Both the position numbers and the translations under genes were made by a program. The notes beneath the pieces are model-generated. The model was given only the letters and a program-made list of their open reading frames with translations. It was not told the DNA's origin and ran no database searches. Positions 35,304-45,858 of a stretch of 64,000 nt of DNA are shown in pieces. The stretch is from Candidatus Kaiserbacteria bacterium (GTDB lineage: Bacteria; Patescibacteriota; Minisyncoccia; Phycocordibacterales; Phycocordibacteraceae). The DNA is taken from the NCBI GenBank assembly GCA_029288865.1, contig JARIGM010000017.1, positions 7,131-71,130 on the forward strand. Reading direction: 5' to 3'. Position 1 is the first letter of the stretch. Each line of letters begins with the position of its first letter.

Positions 35304-36302
35304 ATGATCAATCCTGAAGCAAAACTTGTAGAGAATCTGTTCGATCCAAAGATCGAACAAAAACCCACTCGCGATGGCTTTGGTACGGGCACCATCGAAG
35401 CAGGAAAGGCAGACCCGAATGTGATCGTGCTCTGCGCGGATCTTGCAGAAAGTACGCGCGCCGAATGGTTCCAGAAAGAATTTCCGGCCCGATTCATCGA
35501 GGTAGGGATCGGCGAACAGAATATGGCCGGACTCGGTTCGGGTTTTGCAGCGGCGGGCAAAGTGCCATTCATTGCATCATATGCAGCGTTTTCTCCAGGT
35601 CGCAGCTATGAACAAATTCGCACGACAATCGCGCTCAACGAACGCGCCGTGATCGTGTGCGGCATGCATGCAGGTGTTTCGGTGGGGCCTGATGGCGCGA
35701 CGCATCAGATGCTTGAGGACATCGGCCTTATGCGTATGCTCCCGAACATGACGGTCGTGGTGCCGGCAGATGCGGAAGAAGCGCGCAAAGCGGTTGTGGC
35801 TGCTGCAGAAGCAAAGACACCTTTTTATATACGATTCGGCAGATCGCCAGTGCCCACATTCACAACTCCAGAAACGCCGTTTGAAATAGGGAAGGCACTC
35901 ACGCTCTGGACCAGCGGTCCTGAAAATGGCGGCCCGAAGGTAACGTTTATGGCAACGGGTAGCATGGCGTATAACGCGCTCGTCGCAGCGCGTGCGCTCG
36001 ATGCTGCAGGTATCGGTTCGATCGTGCTCTCGGTGCCAACTGTCAAACCGCTCGATGAGGAAGCAGTGTTCACAGCAGCAAAGCGCACGCATCATGTCGT
36101 TACTATCGAAGAACACCAGGCAGCAGGCGGTTTTGGAAGTGCGATCGCAGAATTCCTTTCAAGTACGTATCCCGTCGCGATCAAGCGACTCGGCATTCAA
36201 GACCTTTTCGGTCAATCAGGTACACCGGACGAGCTCATCGCGCATTACGGTCTTTCATCCACGCACATCGAAGACGCTGCACGCGAACTCCTCGGCAAAT
36301 AA
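35304..36302 (+). CDS. tkt: Transketolase C-terminal subunit
   Basis: EVGIGEQNM, GPDGATHQ, YIRFGR, EEHQAAGGFGS. Confidence 0.95.
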   Translation: MINPEAKLVENLFDPKIEQKPTRDGFGTGTIEAGKADPNVIVLCADLAESTRAEWFQKEFPARFIEVGIGEQNMAGLGSGFAAAGKVPFIASYAAFSPGRSYEQIRTTIALNERAVIVCGMHAGVSVGPDGATHQMLEDIGLMRMLPNMTVVVPADAEEARKAVVAAAEAKTPFYIRFGRSPVPTFTTPETPFEIGKALTLWTSGPENGGPKVTFMATGSMAYNALVAARALDAAGIGSIVLSVPTVKPLDEEAVFTAAKRTHHVVTIEEHQAAGGFGSAIAEFLSSTYPVAIKRLGIQDLFGQSGTPDELIAHYGLSSTHIEDAARELLGK

Positions 36303-36310
36303 GCCGAAAA

Positions 36311-37312
36311 TTAAAGTGGCTTAACTGCGTATGACGCAGGTGCGTCGGCGAGATACTTCTCGAGCTGTTCGCGAGTGAGAAGACCTTCGCGCGCGCCGAC
36401 TTTCTGCACGACAGACATTGAATTGATCGGTCCCCAGAGGAGTGCCTCGTGAAGCGGCTTGCCGATTGCAAGCGCAGCCGAAACGGTGGATGCGAATGCA
36501 TCGCCAGCGCCCGTGCGTTCGAACGGCGGATCTTGGTCCGGATACATCGGCACGAACAGCATCTCATTGCCGTCATACGCGTACGCACCTTTTGTTCCGT
36601 CAGTGATAGCAATGATCTTTGGGCCGAGCGCGCGAAGTCCTGCAAGCAAGATCTTGATATCCTGTCCTGCTTCGAGCTTAAGAATACGCTCCGCTTCCTG
36701 TACATTCACTACGAACAACTCGCTGCGTTCATACAATCCCTTCATTGCCTCGACTCCCATGTTCATCTGGAAGGTGCCCGGGTTAAATGTCAGTTTTGTT
36801 TCTGGATGCTTCGCGAGCAATTCGGTAAGTGCTTCATGATACGGAAGGGAGTGGTCGGCGAGCGAAGAGATGTACATCCAGCCGGGGCCTTTGCCTTCTT
36901 CGAACTGCGGGGCAGTGTATGAAAATTCTTCGTGCTTCACCAAGATCGTGCGGTCTGTCTGGAACCACAGCACGTAGTGATAGTTCGTTTTCTTGCCGGG
37001 CTCGGTGACCATATAGGTCGTATCTACTTTTTGCTCGCCCAATACCTGAAGGCATTCTGTTCCGTACGAGTCATCACCCACGTAGGCACGGAGTCCCGAT
37101 GAAAGGCCGAGACGTGCAGCAGATACGGCTGCATTCGATGCGTTCCCGACGGCCGGGATGAACGTGAAGTGATCATAGGGGATCTTGTCGCCGTAGCGCA
37201 TGCAGAGCTGACAATTCTCATCGCCATGTTCGCAGACGACGGTCGCTTCCTTGAGCTTGATAAACGGTTCGGAGACGATGTCGCCGACGGCAAGAAATTG
37301 TAATGGTTCCAT
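36311..37312 (-). CDS. PfkB-family carbohydrate kinase
   Basis: GNASNAAVSAARLG, VGDD..G, ERTGAGDAF. Confidence 0.92.
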   Translation of the reverse strand: MEPLQFLAVGDIVSEPFIKLKEATVVCEHGDENCQLCMRYGDKIPYDHFTFIPAVGNASNAAVSAARLGLSSGLRAYVGDDSYGTECLQVLGEQKVDTTYMVTEPGKKTNYHYVLWFQTDRTILVKHEEFSYTAPQFEEGKGPGWMYISSLADHSLPYHEALTELLAKHPETKLTFNPGTFQMNMGVEAMKGLYERSELFVVNVQEAERILKLEAGQDIKILLAGLRALGPKIIAITDGTKGAYAYDGNEMLFVPMYPDQDPPFERTGAGDAFASTVSAALAIGKPLHEALLWGPINSMSVVQKVGAREGLLTREQLEKYLADAPASYAVKPL

Positions 37313-37361
37313 GTGCAGATTCTACCACGGGCCGCTTGTTGTCCGTGGTACACTTGTACCT

Positions 37362-38366
37362 ATGGTAGATCTTTTTGGAGAAGCACGAATGCTCATGGCT
37401 GGCGGCAAAGGATTGCTCGCTGCTGATGAAAGCGATAAGTCTGCAGATGAGAAGCGTCTCGCTGCATTCGGTATCGACACTGGCCCAGAAATGCGCCGCG
37501 AATTCCGCGACATACTCCTCGAAACGCCTGGCCTCGAAAAATATATCTCGGGCGTGATCCTCTACGAAGAGACGCTCGAGCAAAAAGGCGATGGCGTCGC
37601 TGATGTGTTTCCCATCTCACTCGCAAAGCGCGGCATCATCCCCGGCATCAAGGTCGATCAAGGAACTGAACCGTTTCCTGAAAGCAAGAACGAACTCATC
37701 ACGAAGGGTCTCATCGGGCTTCCCGAACGGCTTGCAGCATATAAGGAGAAATACAACACCGGCTTCACGAAGTGGCGTGCCGTCATCACGATAGACGGCG
37801 ATCGTCTCCCGACTGCGCAGGCGATCATTGAGAATTGCAAACGCCTCGCAACCTATGCATGCGAAGTGCAGAAGGCAGGTATGGTGCCGATGCTTGAACC
37901 GGAGGTATTGCTCGACGGCAATCATAGCCGCCTCCGTGCACGCGAAGTGATCACAAAGACGATGCATGCACTCGTCGCTGCGCTTGAAGATCAGGCAGTC
38001 GATCTGTCGGGTGTCATCATCAAGACCTCGATGGCTGTCTCAGGCAAAGACAGCGGACGCACCGACACGCCGGAAGAGGTTGCAGAAGACACGCTCGGCG
38101 CGCTCATGGAAGCTGTGCCCGCAAGCATTCCGGGTATCGTATTCCTTTCCGGTGGGCAAACACCTGATGAAGCGACAGCCAATCTCGCGGCAATTTCGAA
38201 ATTGGTGAAAGCAAAGAATGCGCCATGGCCACTTACATTTTCATATGCTCGTGCGCTCCAAGAAGAAGCAATAAAGGTATGGGCAGGGAAGCCGGAAAAC
38301 GTGCCGGCTGCACGTGAAGTATTTATGGCACGGCTCGAAAAGGTCTCGAACGCTCTGAATGCCTAA
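37362..38366 (+). CDS. fba: Fructose-bisphosphate aldolase class I
   Basis: GKGLLAADES, PGIKVD, KWRAV, EPEV, FLSGGQ, TFSYARALQ. Confidence 0.95.
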   Translation: MVDLFGEARMLMAGGKGLLAADESDKSADEKRLAAFGIDTGPEMRREFRDILLETPGLEKYISGVILYEETLEQKGDGVADVFPISLAKRGIIPGIKVDQGTEPFPESKNELITKGLIGLPERLAAYKEKYNTGFTKWRAVITIDGDRLPTAQAIIENCKRLATYACEVQKAGMVPMLEPEVLLDGNHSRLRAREVITKTMHALVAALEDQAVDLSGVIIKTSMAVSGKDSGRTDTPEEVAEDTLGALMEAVPASIPGIVFLSGGQTPDEATANLAAISKLVKAKNAPWPLTFSYARALQEEAIKVWAGKPENVPAAREVFMARLEKVSNALNA

Positions 38367-38412
38367 TGGGGAAAACTAAAGATTCTTTAATCTTTCGCGG
38401 TATATTTAAGAC

Positions 38413-38964
38413 ATGACATTTTCTCATCGCGGCTTCACTCTCATCGAACTCCTGGTCGTAATCGCGATCATCGGTATCCTCTCATCGGTTGTACTCACAT
38501 CGCTGAGCACTGCGAAGCTCAAGGCCCAAGATGCGCAGCGTGCTTCGAATCTCACTGAAATACGGAAAGCGCTCGAACTGTACTATGACGCGAACGGACA
38601 TTATCCGATCCAGTCTGCAAACTGGGGATCAGAATGTTCTGGTTGGGCTCCCGCCTCACCGGTCGCGCAAGATCAGGTGATACCTGGCTTGGTGCCGACG
38701 TACCTTCCGCGTCTGCCGGAAGATCCAGCGATGAATCTTGCGTCAAGTCATAACTGCATCCTCTATCGCACGGACGCCACAGGTAAGGATTACAAAGTGT
38801 TGGACTATAACATGACCAGTTATTCGAATCCGGCAGCAGGCGGTACAACCTTCATCGATCCAGCGCGAAATTCGGGACAATCATGGGCAGTATCAGGTTG
38901 TAGCAGCCCAAGTTCGGCAGTTAGTTTAGCAATCTGGTCCAGTGCAGCCACTATGTGCTGGTAA
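38413..38964 (+). CDS. Type IV pilin
   Basis: RG|FTLIELLVVIAIIGILSSVV. Confidence 0.92.
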   Translation: MTFSHRGFTLIELLVVIAIIGILSSVVLTSLSTAKLKAQDAQRASNLTEIRKALELYYDANGHYPIQSANWGSECSGWAPASPVAQDQVIPGLVPTYLPRLPEDPAMNLASSHNCILYRTDATGKDYKVLDYNMTSYSNPAAGGTTFIDPARNSGQSWAVSGCSSPSSAVSLAIWSSAATMCW

Positions 38965-38976
38965 CATTTTCTAAGT

Positions 38977-39480
38977 ATGAAAACACTCCGTGGCTTCACC
39001 CTTATCGAGTTGCTGGTGGTCATTGCGATCATCGGCATCCTCTCATCGGTGGTGCTCACTTCACTTAGTACGGCAGGAAAGAAGGCAGATGATGCAAAGC
39101 GTCTCGCTGAGATGCAGCAGCTTCAGAAAGCGTTATCCCTCTACTACGACGATAACGGGGTATATCCTACGACAAGCAATGCATGGTGGGGAAATTGTTC
39201 GAATTTTGGCAGTCACGATACGAGCGGTTCGAACGGATGGGTCCCGAACCTCGCTCCCAAATATATAACGACTCTCCCGCTTGACCCGAAACCGATCGGC
39301 AACGGCGGTTGCTATCTCTACCAATCAAACGGCAAAGACTACATGTTGCTGGTGTATCAGACCGTGGAGTCCTACAACCAGGCCACGAATAAATGGCCGC
39401 GACCTGCTAAAAACGGAGTTAGCCCGAATTCGTACGAGAATGACTTCGCTTTTTACACGAATGGGGCGTCTGGGTGGTAG
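38977..39480 (+). CDS. Type IV pilin
   Basis: RG|FTLIELLVVIAIIGILSSVV. Confidence 0.92.
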   Translation: MKTLRGFTLIELLVVIAIIGILSSVVLTSLSTAGKKADDAKRLAEMQQLQKALSLYYDDNGVYPTTSNAWWGNCSNFGSHDTSGSNGWVPNLAPKYITTLPLDPKPIGNGGCYLYQSNGKDYMLLVYQTVESYNQATNKWPRPAKNGVSPNSYENDFAFYTNGASGW

Positions 39481-39524
39481 TGCGGCTTGCACTCACGCCT
39501 GTTTTGAGGCATACTCCTCCTATT

Positions 39525-40163
39525 ATGACTACCGTTTTAACCGCAGAAACCCGTACCGAAACAGGCAAGAAATCAGCTGCGCTCCTCGCAGTCGAGAAGC
39601 TTCCTGCTGTCGTTTATGGCCCTAAGCAAGAATCCCTCGTTATCTCGCTCCCGCTCCGTGAGTTCGCTCGCATCCTCCGCGATGAAGGCGAGTCTTCGGT
39701 GATCGAGCTTTCTGGCGTCACGCCATCACCTATAAAGGTGCTTATTCATGACGTGTTTGTCGACCCGGTCACGAATCTCCCACGCCACGTTGATCTCTAT
39801 GCAATCGAGAAGGGCGCGAAGGTTGAAGTCGCCGTACCGCTTACATTCGTTGGTGAAGCACCTGCTGTAAAGGAAGGCGCAAGCGTCGTGAAGGTCATGC
39901 ATGAGCTCGATATCGAAGCAGCTCCTGAGAACCTTCCGCATGAGATCGAAGTCGACCTCTCCACTCTCGCTGCTATCGGCGATCAGATCCTCGTGAGCGA
40001 TCTTAAGATTCCTACTGGCGTTACTGTGAAGGCTGAGGCTGAAGAAGTGGTCGCGCTCGCGCAAGAGACGAAGGAAGAGGCTGAAGAGCCAGTACTCGAC
40101 ATGAGTGCTATCGAAGTCGAGCAGAAGGGTAAGACTGAAGAGGAAGAAGCTGCTGCTGAGTAA
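39525..40163 (+). CDS. rplY: 50S ribosomal protein L25 (CTC-type)
   Basis: LPAVVYG, HVDLY, VPLTFVGEAPAVK, P.NLPHEIEVD. Confidence 0.93.
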   Translation: MTTVLTAETRTETGKKSAALLAVEKLPAVVYGPKQESLVISLPLREFARILRDEGESSVIELSGVTPSPIKVLIHDVFVDPVTNLPRHVDLYAIEKGAKVEVAVPLTFVGEAPAVKEGASVVKVMHELDIEAAPENLPHEIEVDLSTLAAIGDQILVSDLKIPTGVTVKAEAEEVVALAQETKEEAEEPVLDMSAIEVEQKGKTEEEEAAAE

Positions 40164-40175
40164 GTAGCGCACAAC

Positions 40176-40237
40176 AGAAAACACCCGCTCTGTTCCTGAG
40201 CCCACTCTTTCGGGACGGAACAGAGCGGGTGTTTTCT
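40176..40237 (+). terminator. 21-bp perfect inverted repeat after rplY (terminator-like)
   Basis: AGAAAACACCCGCTCTGTTCC / GGAACAGAGCGGGTGTTTTCT. Confidence 0.7.
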
Positions 40238-40257
40238 TTATGCTACAATTATTTCCT

Positions 40258-41721
40258 ATGGTTTCTGTTCGTTCAGACTCAAAATTCCGGGTACGTATGT
40301 TCCTTCTGGCGTTGGCTAGCTTCGCGGTATTTAGTACGGGCATATTTGTTGCACCACAGTTTTCCAACGCGCAGACCGCTGATGCTTCAGGTTCGACCGC
40401 AACGGCTTCTTCGGACGTCGCTGCGCGTCGGGCACAGCTGCAAGCAGAGCTTGATCAGCTGAACACGCAGATCGCGTCGACGCAGTCGACGCTCACTGGT
40501 CTCAAAGGGCAGCACAAATCACTCCAAAACGATATCGATATCCTTACTGCGCAGATCAAAAAGGCTCAGCTCCAGCTTCAAGCGACGCAGTTGCAGATCA
40601 AAGCGCTTCAAAATAACATTTACATACACAACAACACGATCAATACGCTGACCGGCAAGCTCACCAGCGAACAAGACTCACTCTCCCAAATCATTCGGCA
40701 GACGAATGAGATCGATAACTATTCCCTCGTCGAGTTGGTGATGTCTTCACAAGATGTGTCGAGTTTCTTCGGCGACCTCGATACGTTCAGCACGCTTAAG
40801 CAAGAACTTAATTCCTCATACAATCAGACAGCAGATACTCGCTCGCAAAAAGAAATAGAGAAGCAGCAGCTCGAAGACCAGCATACGCAAGAAGTTGCGC
40901 TCGAGCAGGAACAAACGCTCGAACAGCAGCAGATTCAAGACGCGCAAGCGCAGAAGCAGAAGCTCTTGAGTTCGACGAAATCGCAAGAGGCAAATTATCA
41001 GAGCGTGCTTAGCATCCAGCAGCAGACGGCCGCACAGATCCGTGCCGAACTCTTCGCGCTTGCCGGCGGCTCCGGACAGATCTCACTTCCGACGGCTATC
41101 GCGCTCGCGAAGCAGGCAGGTGCCGCGACTGGTGTCCGTCCCGCGCTTATCCTCGGTATCTTGAAGCAGGAGACCAACATCGGTGCGAACGTCGGTGTGG
41201 CCGGCAGTTGGGTAACGGAAATGAGCCCGACGCGTGACATCCCGGTCTTCAAAGTCATGATGGCAAACCTGGGTCTTGACCCGAACACGGTGAAAGTTTC
41301 GAAAGCGCAGGGTGGCGGATGGGGCGGTGCGATGGGTCCAGCCCAATTCATTCCATCGACGTGGGCATGCTATGGCGGGTACGTGAACACCACGACCGGA
41401 TCGTGCGGAAAGGGAACTGACGGCACGTATGCGGGTCCATGGGACTACAACGCAGCGAAAGACCGTATTGCAAAGGCGGCCGGACATCCGAACACTCCAT
41501 CGAATCCATGGAATAACCTAGACGCCTTCACGGCAACGGCGATGCTGATGGCAGATAACGGTGCGACTGCGCAGACGCCTGCTGCGGAGCGTCTCGCGGC
41601 ACTCCGCTACTATGCCGGATGGGGTGGTGCGACCAACCCTGCGTATGCATTCTATGGCGACGGCGTTATGGGCTTTGCCGCGCAATTCCAGTCTGATATC
41701 AACACATTGAGCGGCAGCTAA
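40258..41721 (+). CDS. Secreted coiled-coil protein with C-terminal lytic transglycosylase domain
   Basis: Signal/TM, Q-rich coiled coil (PcsB/CwlO-like), ILKQET (catalytic E), GAMGPAQFIPSTW; start uncertain (40240-40297). Confidence 0.85.
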   Translation: MVSVRSDSKFRVRMFLLALASFAVFSTGIFVAPQFSNAQTADASGSTATASSDVAARRAQLQAELDQLNTQIASTQSTLTGLKGQHKSLQNDIDILTAQIKKAQLQLQATQLQIKALQNNIYIHNNTINTLTGKLTSEQDSLSQIIRQTNEIDNYSLVELVMSSQDVSSFFGDLDTFSTLKQELNSSYNQTADTRSQKEIEKQQLEDQHTQEVALEQEQTLEQQQIQDAQAQKQKLLSSTKSQEANYQSVLSIQQQTAAQIRAELFALAGGSGQISLPTAIALAKQAGAATGVRPALILGILKQETNIGANVGVAGSWVTEMSPTRDIPVFKVMMANLGLDPNTVKVSKAQGGGWGGAMGPAQFIPSTWACYGGYVNTTTGSCGKGTDGTYAGPWDYNAAKDRIAKAAGHPNTPSNPWNNLDAFTATAMLMADNGATAQTPAAERLAALRYYAGWGGATNPAYAFYGDGVMGFAAQFQSDINTLSGS

Positions 41722-41746
41722 ATGAAGATGCCATGTATTATGAAAG

Positions 41747-42697
41747 GTGATGGATACACAATCACCTCGGATCTCGACCCGAAGCCTCATCGTTCTCGGA
41801 ATCATTTTAATAATCATCTGCGTGCTAGCGTTTCTTGCGTATTGGCAGCGCGCAGCACTCGTCGAAACGATACAGGGTATTAATACTCGCATGCATATGA
41901 ACGGGGCGTATACGCTCAGTGGTTCAGGGACAGATGTGACGGTCATACGACATGGCATTTTCGGTGATTCGAAAGTAACAGCAAAGTCAGGCACGATAGT
42001 GGATTTCGCTCATAGCTCGAACGGTTCGTACGCGCTCGTACTTTCTCCAAATGGCCATGACGAGGATGTGGTCGCGCTCAATGCTTCCGAAAAGAAGCTA
42101 ACTTCAGATGGGGGAATCAAAGCGGCTCTCGCAGTCTCCTCCGATGGAAGATATATCAGCTATACTCAGTTTACTCCTAAAGATGCACATCAGCAGATGC
42201 CAACGGATCAGCTTGCGGACTGGAGCGTAAGCATACTCGATACGCACGACAGCTCGGCCATGGTGTTTAAGTCGGCGTATGCACCACATTTCTACTCAAG
42301 TGGGGGCAAGTCGTATGTCGAGTTCATGGTTCCTGCTGGCATGGGAATCACTGATCTTGCGAAAAAGCAGACTCTCGTTATGAACATATTAGGGAATTCG
42401 ACCATCAGCCACCCGACGTACGTCTCGCCGACGGGAAACTATGCGCTCGTATTCTCTACGCTCGGGAAGCGGTATGCAGCATTTTCACTCGACTCGAAAT
42501 TCCCTCCAATTCCCACACCGATTGTTACGAACCTCGGCACCTACTCAACAGTCATCGGAATTGATGGAAAGGGCTTCTATGTTCCCTACTCGGCTCACGG
42601 TACGGCAGAGCTGGGGTACGTGCTTCTTTCCAACATGAAATCACCTGTGTGGGCGTACCAGACGCAAGGGGCGGCCATCGTAAAACTGATACCATAA
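41747..42697 (+). CDS. Membrane-anchored beta-rich (propeller-like) protein, cassette 1
   Basis: N-terminal TM; VSSDG/VSPTG repeats; paralog of 45850 and 51709 ORFs. Confidence 0.75.
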   Translation: MMDTQSPRISTRSLIVLGIILIIICVLAFLAYWQRAALVETIQGINTRMHMNGAYTLSGSGTDVTVIRHGIFGDSKVTAKSGTIVDFAHSSNGSYALVLSPNGHDEDVVALNASEKKLTSDGGIKAALAVSSDGRYISYTQFTPKDAHQQMPTDQLADWSVSILDTHDSSAMVFKSAYAPHFYSSGGKSYVEFMVPAGMGITDLAKKQTLVMNILGNSTISHPTYVSPTGNYALVFSTLGKRYAAFSLDSKFPPIPTPIVTNLGTYSTVIGIDGKGFYVPYSAHGTAELGYVLLSNMKSPVWAYQTQGAAIVKLIP

Positions 42698-42699
42698 CT

Positions 42700-45600
42700 A
42701 TGAAGACTCTCTCAAAAATATCCGTGCTTGCGCTGCTCTTGCTTCTCACGGTATCGCCAGTATTCGCTGTCCAGAAAGCAGCTGATGGGGCAGATACCTC
42801 AGACGGAGGCGATGCATCAGGTACTCTCACCGACCACGGCAATACAAGGACAGACTCCAGCAATACGAGTACTAACTCGACTCCTACCGGTCCCGTCATC
42901 TCAGCGCAATACTTTTCAGGGGCTGCCGCATCCAACCCTCCTTATTACATACCTTCTTCTTCGGATCCCAATCAGCGTCCGCTCAGTGTAGCCTGTTCTC
43001 CTCATCAACAGGGATCCATAGCGATTGACTCGAACGGTGATGCTCACTCTGTTGACGATGGGACGTCACTCTCGACGACCAAAATGGTTCAGATGGGAAG
43101 ACAGAATCAGCTCCAGCCTATCACTGTGCTGAATAAGCTTATCTGGGTATCTGTAGTAGTCGGCGGCGAACATACGTCTCCAGGTAGCTATGCATATAAG
43201 CCTTATACATATACCTACAAGAATGCTGATGGTACCGTCATTGGCACTGAGACAACCACGAGCAACGATTATGCTGCTATGGCGACCTACTCGGACTCGG
43301 AAAGTGTTCATTATCCATGGCCGATCACGACCCTAACAGTGACGTCAGGTAACCAGTCGGTTACTGTGTATTGCGATAATGGTTCTGAAGATTCACTTTA
43401 TCTCCCGAATATCACTGCAAGTTTAAGCCCGGACGGCATCGTTCAAAGCGGCAGTACGGTTCATGTCGTGCCCGGCCAGCCTCTCTCGCTTACGGGTTAT
43501 GTGCAAGCAACTCACGGGTCAAGCGTGTTCGGAGGAGGATTCCATAACACCTTCATGATCCGCGCGTCTGGATCTGATCACTGGGCGTATAAGCAAGAGG
43601 CGACTCCGGATCTTATCCTTCCATATCGGGATGACAACGGTTCGGTAACCCTGAATACGACTCCCGTGACAGCGACGTTTCCCGCGTCTGTCTTCACCCA
43701 AGCCGGAACATATGAGTATCAATTCTGTGCGGACACTGATACTGATTGGCAAGGCTTGATTCACGAACGAAATGAATTAGATAACTGTACGGGCGGAGAC
43801 GGAGCGCATTTCGTGGTTGTCGATACTCCCGCGACTGCTCCTTCTCCTACTGTTTCGATTACTGCAAATCCGACAAGCATAAATTCGGGTGATTCATCGA
43901 CGCTTAGCTGGTCGTCTACGAACGCGACTTCCTGCTCCAGTACTGACTTTGCGACGGGGAATGCGGCCAGTGGATCAGTCAGAGTCACTCCTTCGTCGAC
44001 TGCTACGTATAATATAAGTTGCTCCGGTGATGGCGGTACCGCCCTTGGCTCGGTCACGGTTACTGTCTCTGCTCCGCCAGCTGCACCGACTGCATCCATC
44101 ACTATCTCGCCAGGATCGATCGATCAAGGCGATTCAGCGTCGCTGAGCTGGAGCTGCGGTGATTCGACTTCATCGTCCGGAGATAATTTCAGTACTGGCG
44201 GGGCATTGAGCGGAACAGTGTCCGTGTCACCGACTCAGACCACGTCCTATACGGTTTGGTGTAACGGTCCAGGTGGAACCACGCACGACAGTCAGGCACT
44301 TACCGTCGGTCCGAAGAAATATCCTGACTTGACTGCGCAGGTAGGTCCGGCAGCATCGGGATACTCGAATGAGAACATCCCAGTTAGTGGAACCATCTTG
44401 AATGGCGGCTCTGCCTCGACGCGCGATACCTTCAAGAACATGTTCCAGGTGTGCTCGAATAAGAATTGTGATGGATATAACGTGATCACGGAAGTGTCGG
44501 GTCGTATGCAGGCGCTCGCACCGAATGAGCAGAAAGATATTCGCGCCAATGTGACGGTTCCAAATTCCGGAGATTATTTCTATCGTGCGTGTGCCGATCT
44601 CGACGCATCTTGGCATGGAGTGGTGGATGAAGGGTCGGATGCTACTGAGAATAATAACTGCAGTGGCTGGCAAGACTTAAGCGTCAAGGATCATACTGCT
44701 CCTGACCTCATAGCAGGGGCAGTCTCGCCATCGACTGCGACTCCAGGACAACCAGTCACGTTCATGGCAGATGCGATCAATAACGGAAACGGGAACTCTG
44801 GTTCATTCCCTGTCATGTTCCAGATCAAGGATGGCGACACATTCACGAGTAACTACATATCTCTCGTGCCGAATGATTCCAAGACTGTGTCCGCGCAGCA
44901 TACGTTTGCAGAGTCGGGCGAGTATTCCATTCGCGCATGTGCGAACTTCGATCACCCATGGGCGGTCGTCGATACAAGCGAACTCAAGACCGATAATAAT
45001 TGCGGAGATTGGACCACTATCAGCGTTACGGCAGTTACGGAGCTGCCTGATCTCGAAGCGGGTGGCGCACCATCGGTAACGGTCGGAGCGAATGACCCGG
45101 TTGCGCTGACCGGCTCGGTCACGAACATCGGCGCGGGAAGTACGGGCGGATCGTTTGCTAACCTCTTCCGTGTGAAATCAGTGACAGCATCAGACTGGAC
45201 TACGTTCAAGAGCGGCTCGATCGGTGCTCCGCTCGGACCGAAAGGCTCAGGCAATGACTCAGAGCCGGTCGAGGTCAAGTTCTCGCCGAAAACCTTCCCA
45301 TCGGGTAACTACCTCTATCAGTATTGCGTGAATATGGATCTCGATAACGGTTGGGCACCATCAGTTCCCGAGGCAGCCGACGGAGGAAATAATAACTGTA
45401 GCGCCGTCGGTTCGCTCGATGTGCAGCAGCCACAACAGCCCGTTGACAACAATGACAATAATAATAACGGTAACGATGGGAATAATAACAACGGATCAAG
45501 TTGTAAAAATGCGCTGAAGGTGACCCTTACCGCGAGTCCGACGACCGTCTCACAAGGCAAGAGCGCAAAGCTCTCCTGGACCGCTGAAGGCATGAATCAG

Positions 45601-45789
45601 CAATGTACGCTCACCAGCTCAACAGGCAAGAGCTATCCATTGCCGGCAGATAAGTGTACGGAAGATTCTCCGGATGGAGGGTTCGACACAGGAGCGATCA
45701 CAAAGCAGACGGTCTTCACGCTCAATTGTGGTTCAGGCGGAACGGCACAAGCAGTCGTGAACGTGGTACCGAAATTCAACGAATTCTAG
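42700..45789 (+). CDS. Large secreted CARDB/Ig-like repeat protein, cassette 1
   Basis: Signal peptide; PDL...N.G...CAD...E.NE.NNC repeats; ends VVNVVPKFNEF. Confidence 0.8.
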   Translation: MKTLSKISVLALLLLLTVSPVFAVQKAADGADTSDGGDASGTLTDHGNTRTDSSNTSTNSTPTGPVISAQYFSGAAASNPPYYIPSSSDPNQRPLSVACSPHQQGSIAIDSNGDAHSVDDGTSLSTTKMVQMGRQNQLQPITVLNKLIWVSVVVGGEHTSPGSYAYKPYTYTYKNADGTVIGTETTTSNDYAAMATYSDSESVHYPWPITTLTVTSGNQSVTVYCDNGSEDSLYLPNITASLSPDGIVQSGSTVHVVPGQPLSLTGYVQATHGSSVFGGGFHNTFMIRASGSDHWAYKQEATPDLILPYRDDNGSVTLNTTPVTATFPASVFTQAGTYEYQFCADTDTDWQGLIHERNELDNCTGGDGAHFVVVDTPATAPSPTVSITANPTSINSGDSSTLSWSSTNATSCSSTDFATGNAASGSVRVTPSSTATYNISCSGDGGTALGSVTVTVSAPPAAPTASITISPGSIDQGDSASLSWSCGDSTSSSGDNFSTGGALSGTVSVSPTQTTSYTVWCNGPGGTTHDSQALTVGPKKYPDLTAQVGPAASGYSNENIPVSGTILNGGSASTRDTFKNMFQVCSNKNCDGYNVITEVSGRMQALAPNEQKDIRANVTVPNSGDYFYRACADLDASWHGVVDEGSDATENNNCSGWQDLSVKDHTAPDLIAGAVSPSTATPGQPVTFMADAINNGNGNSGSFPVMFQIKDGDTFTSNYISLVPNDSKTVSAQHTFAESGEYSIRACANFDHPWAVVDTSELKTDNNCGDWTTISVTAVTELPDLEAGGAPSVTVGANDPVALTGSVTNIGAGSTGGSFANLFRVKSVTASDWTTFKSGSIGAPLGPKGSGNDSEPVEVKFSPKTFPSGNYLYQYCVNMDLDNGWAPSVPEAADGGNNNCSAVGSLDVQQPQQPVDNNDNNNNGNDGNNNNGSSCKNALKVTLTASPTTVSQGKSAKLSWTAEGMNQQCTLTSSTGKSYPLPADKCTEDSPDGGFDTGAITKQTVFTLNCGSGGTAQAVVNVVPKFNEF

Positions 45790-45858
45790 AGCTCGTTCTC
45801 CACATGGAGGGATAGTGAAGGGGGGTGGGGTCTCGTATACTTCAGGTATATGAATGAA
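45754..45858 (+). repeat. ~105-bp direct repeat (copy A) spanning cassette 1/2 junction
   Basis: Near-identical to 51613-51717, including gene end, intergenic spacer, TATACT and next ATG. Confidence 0.85.
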
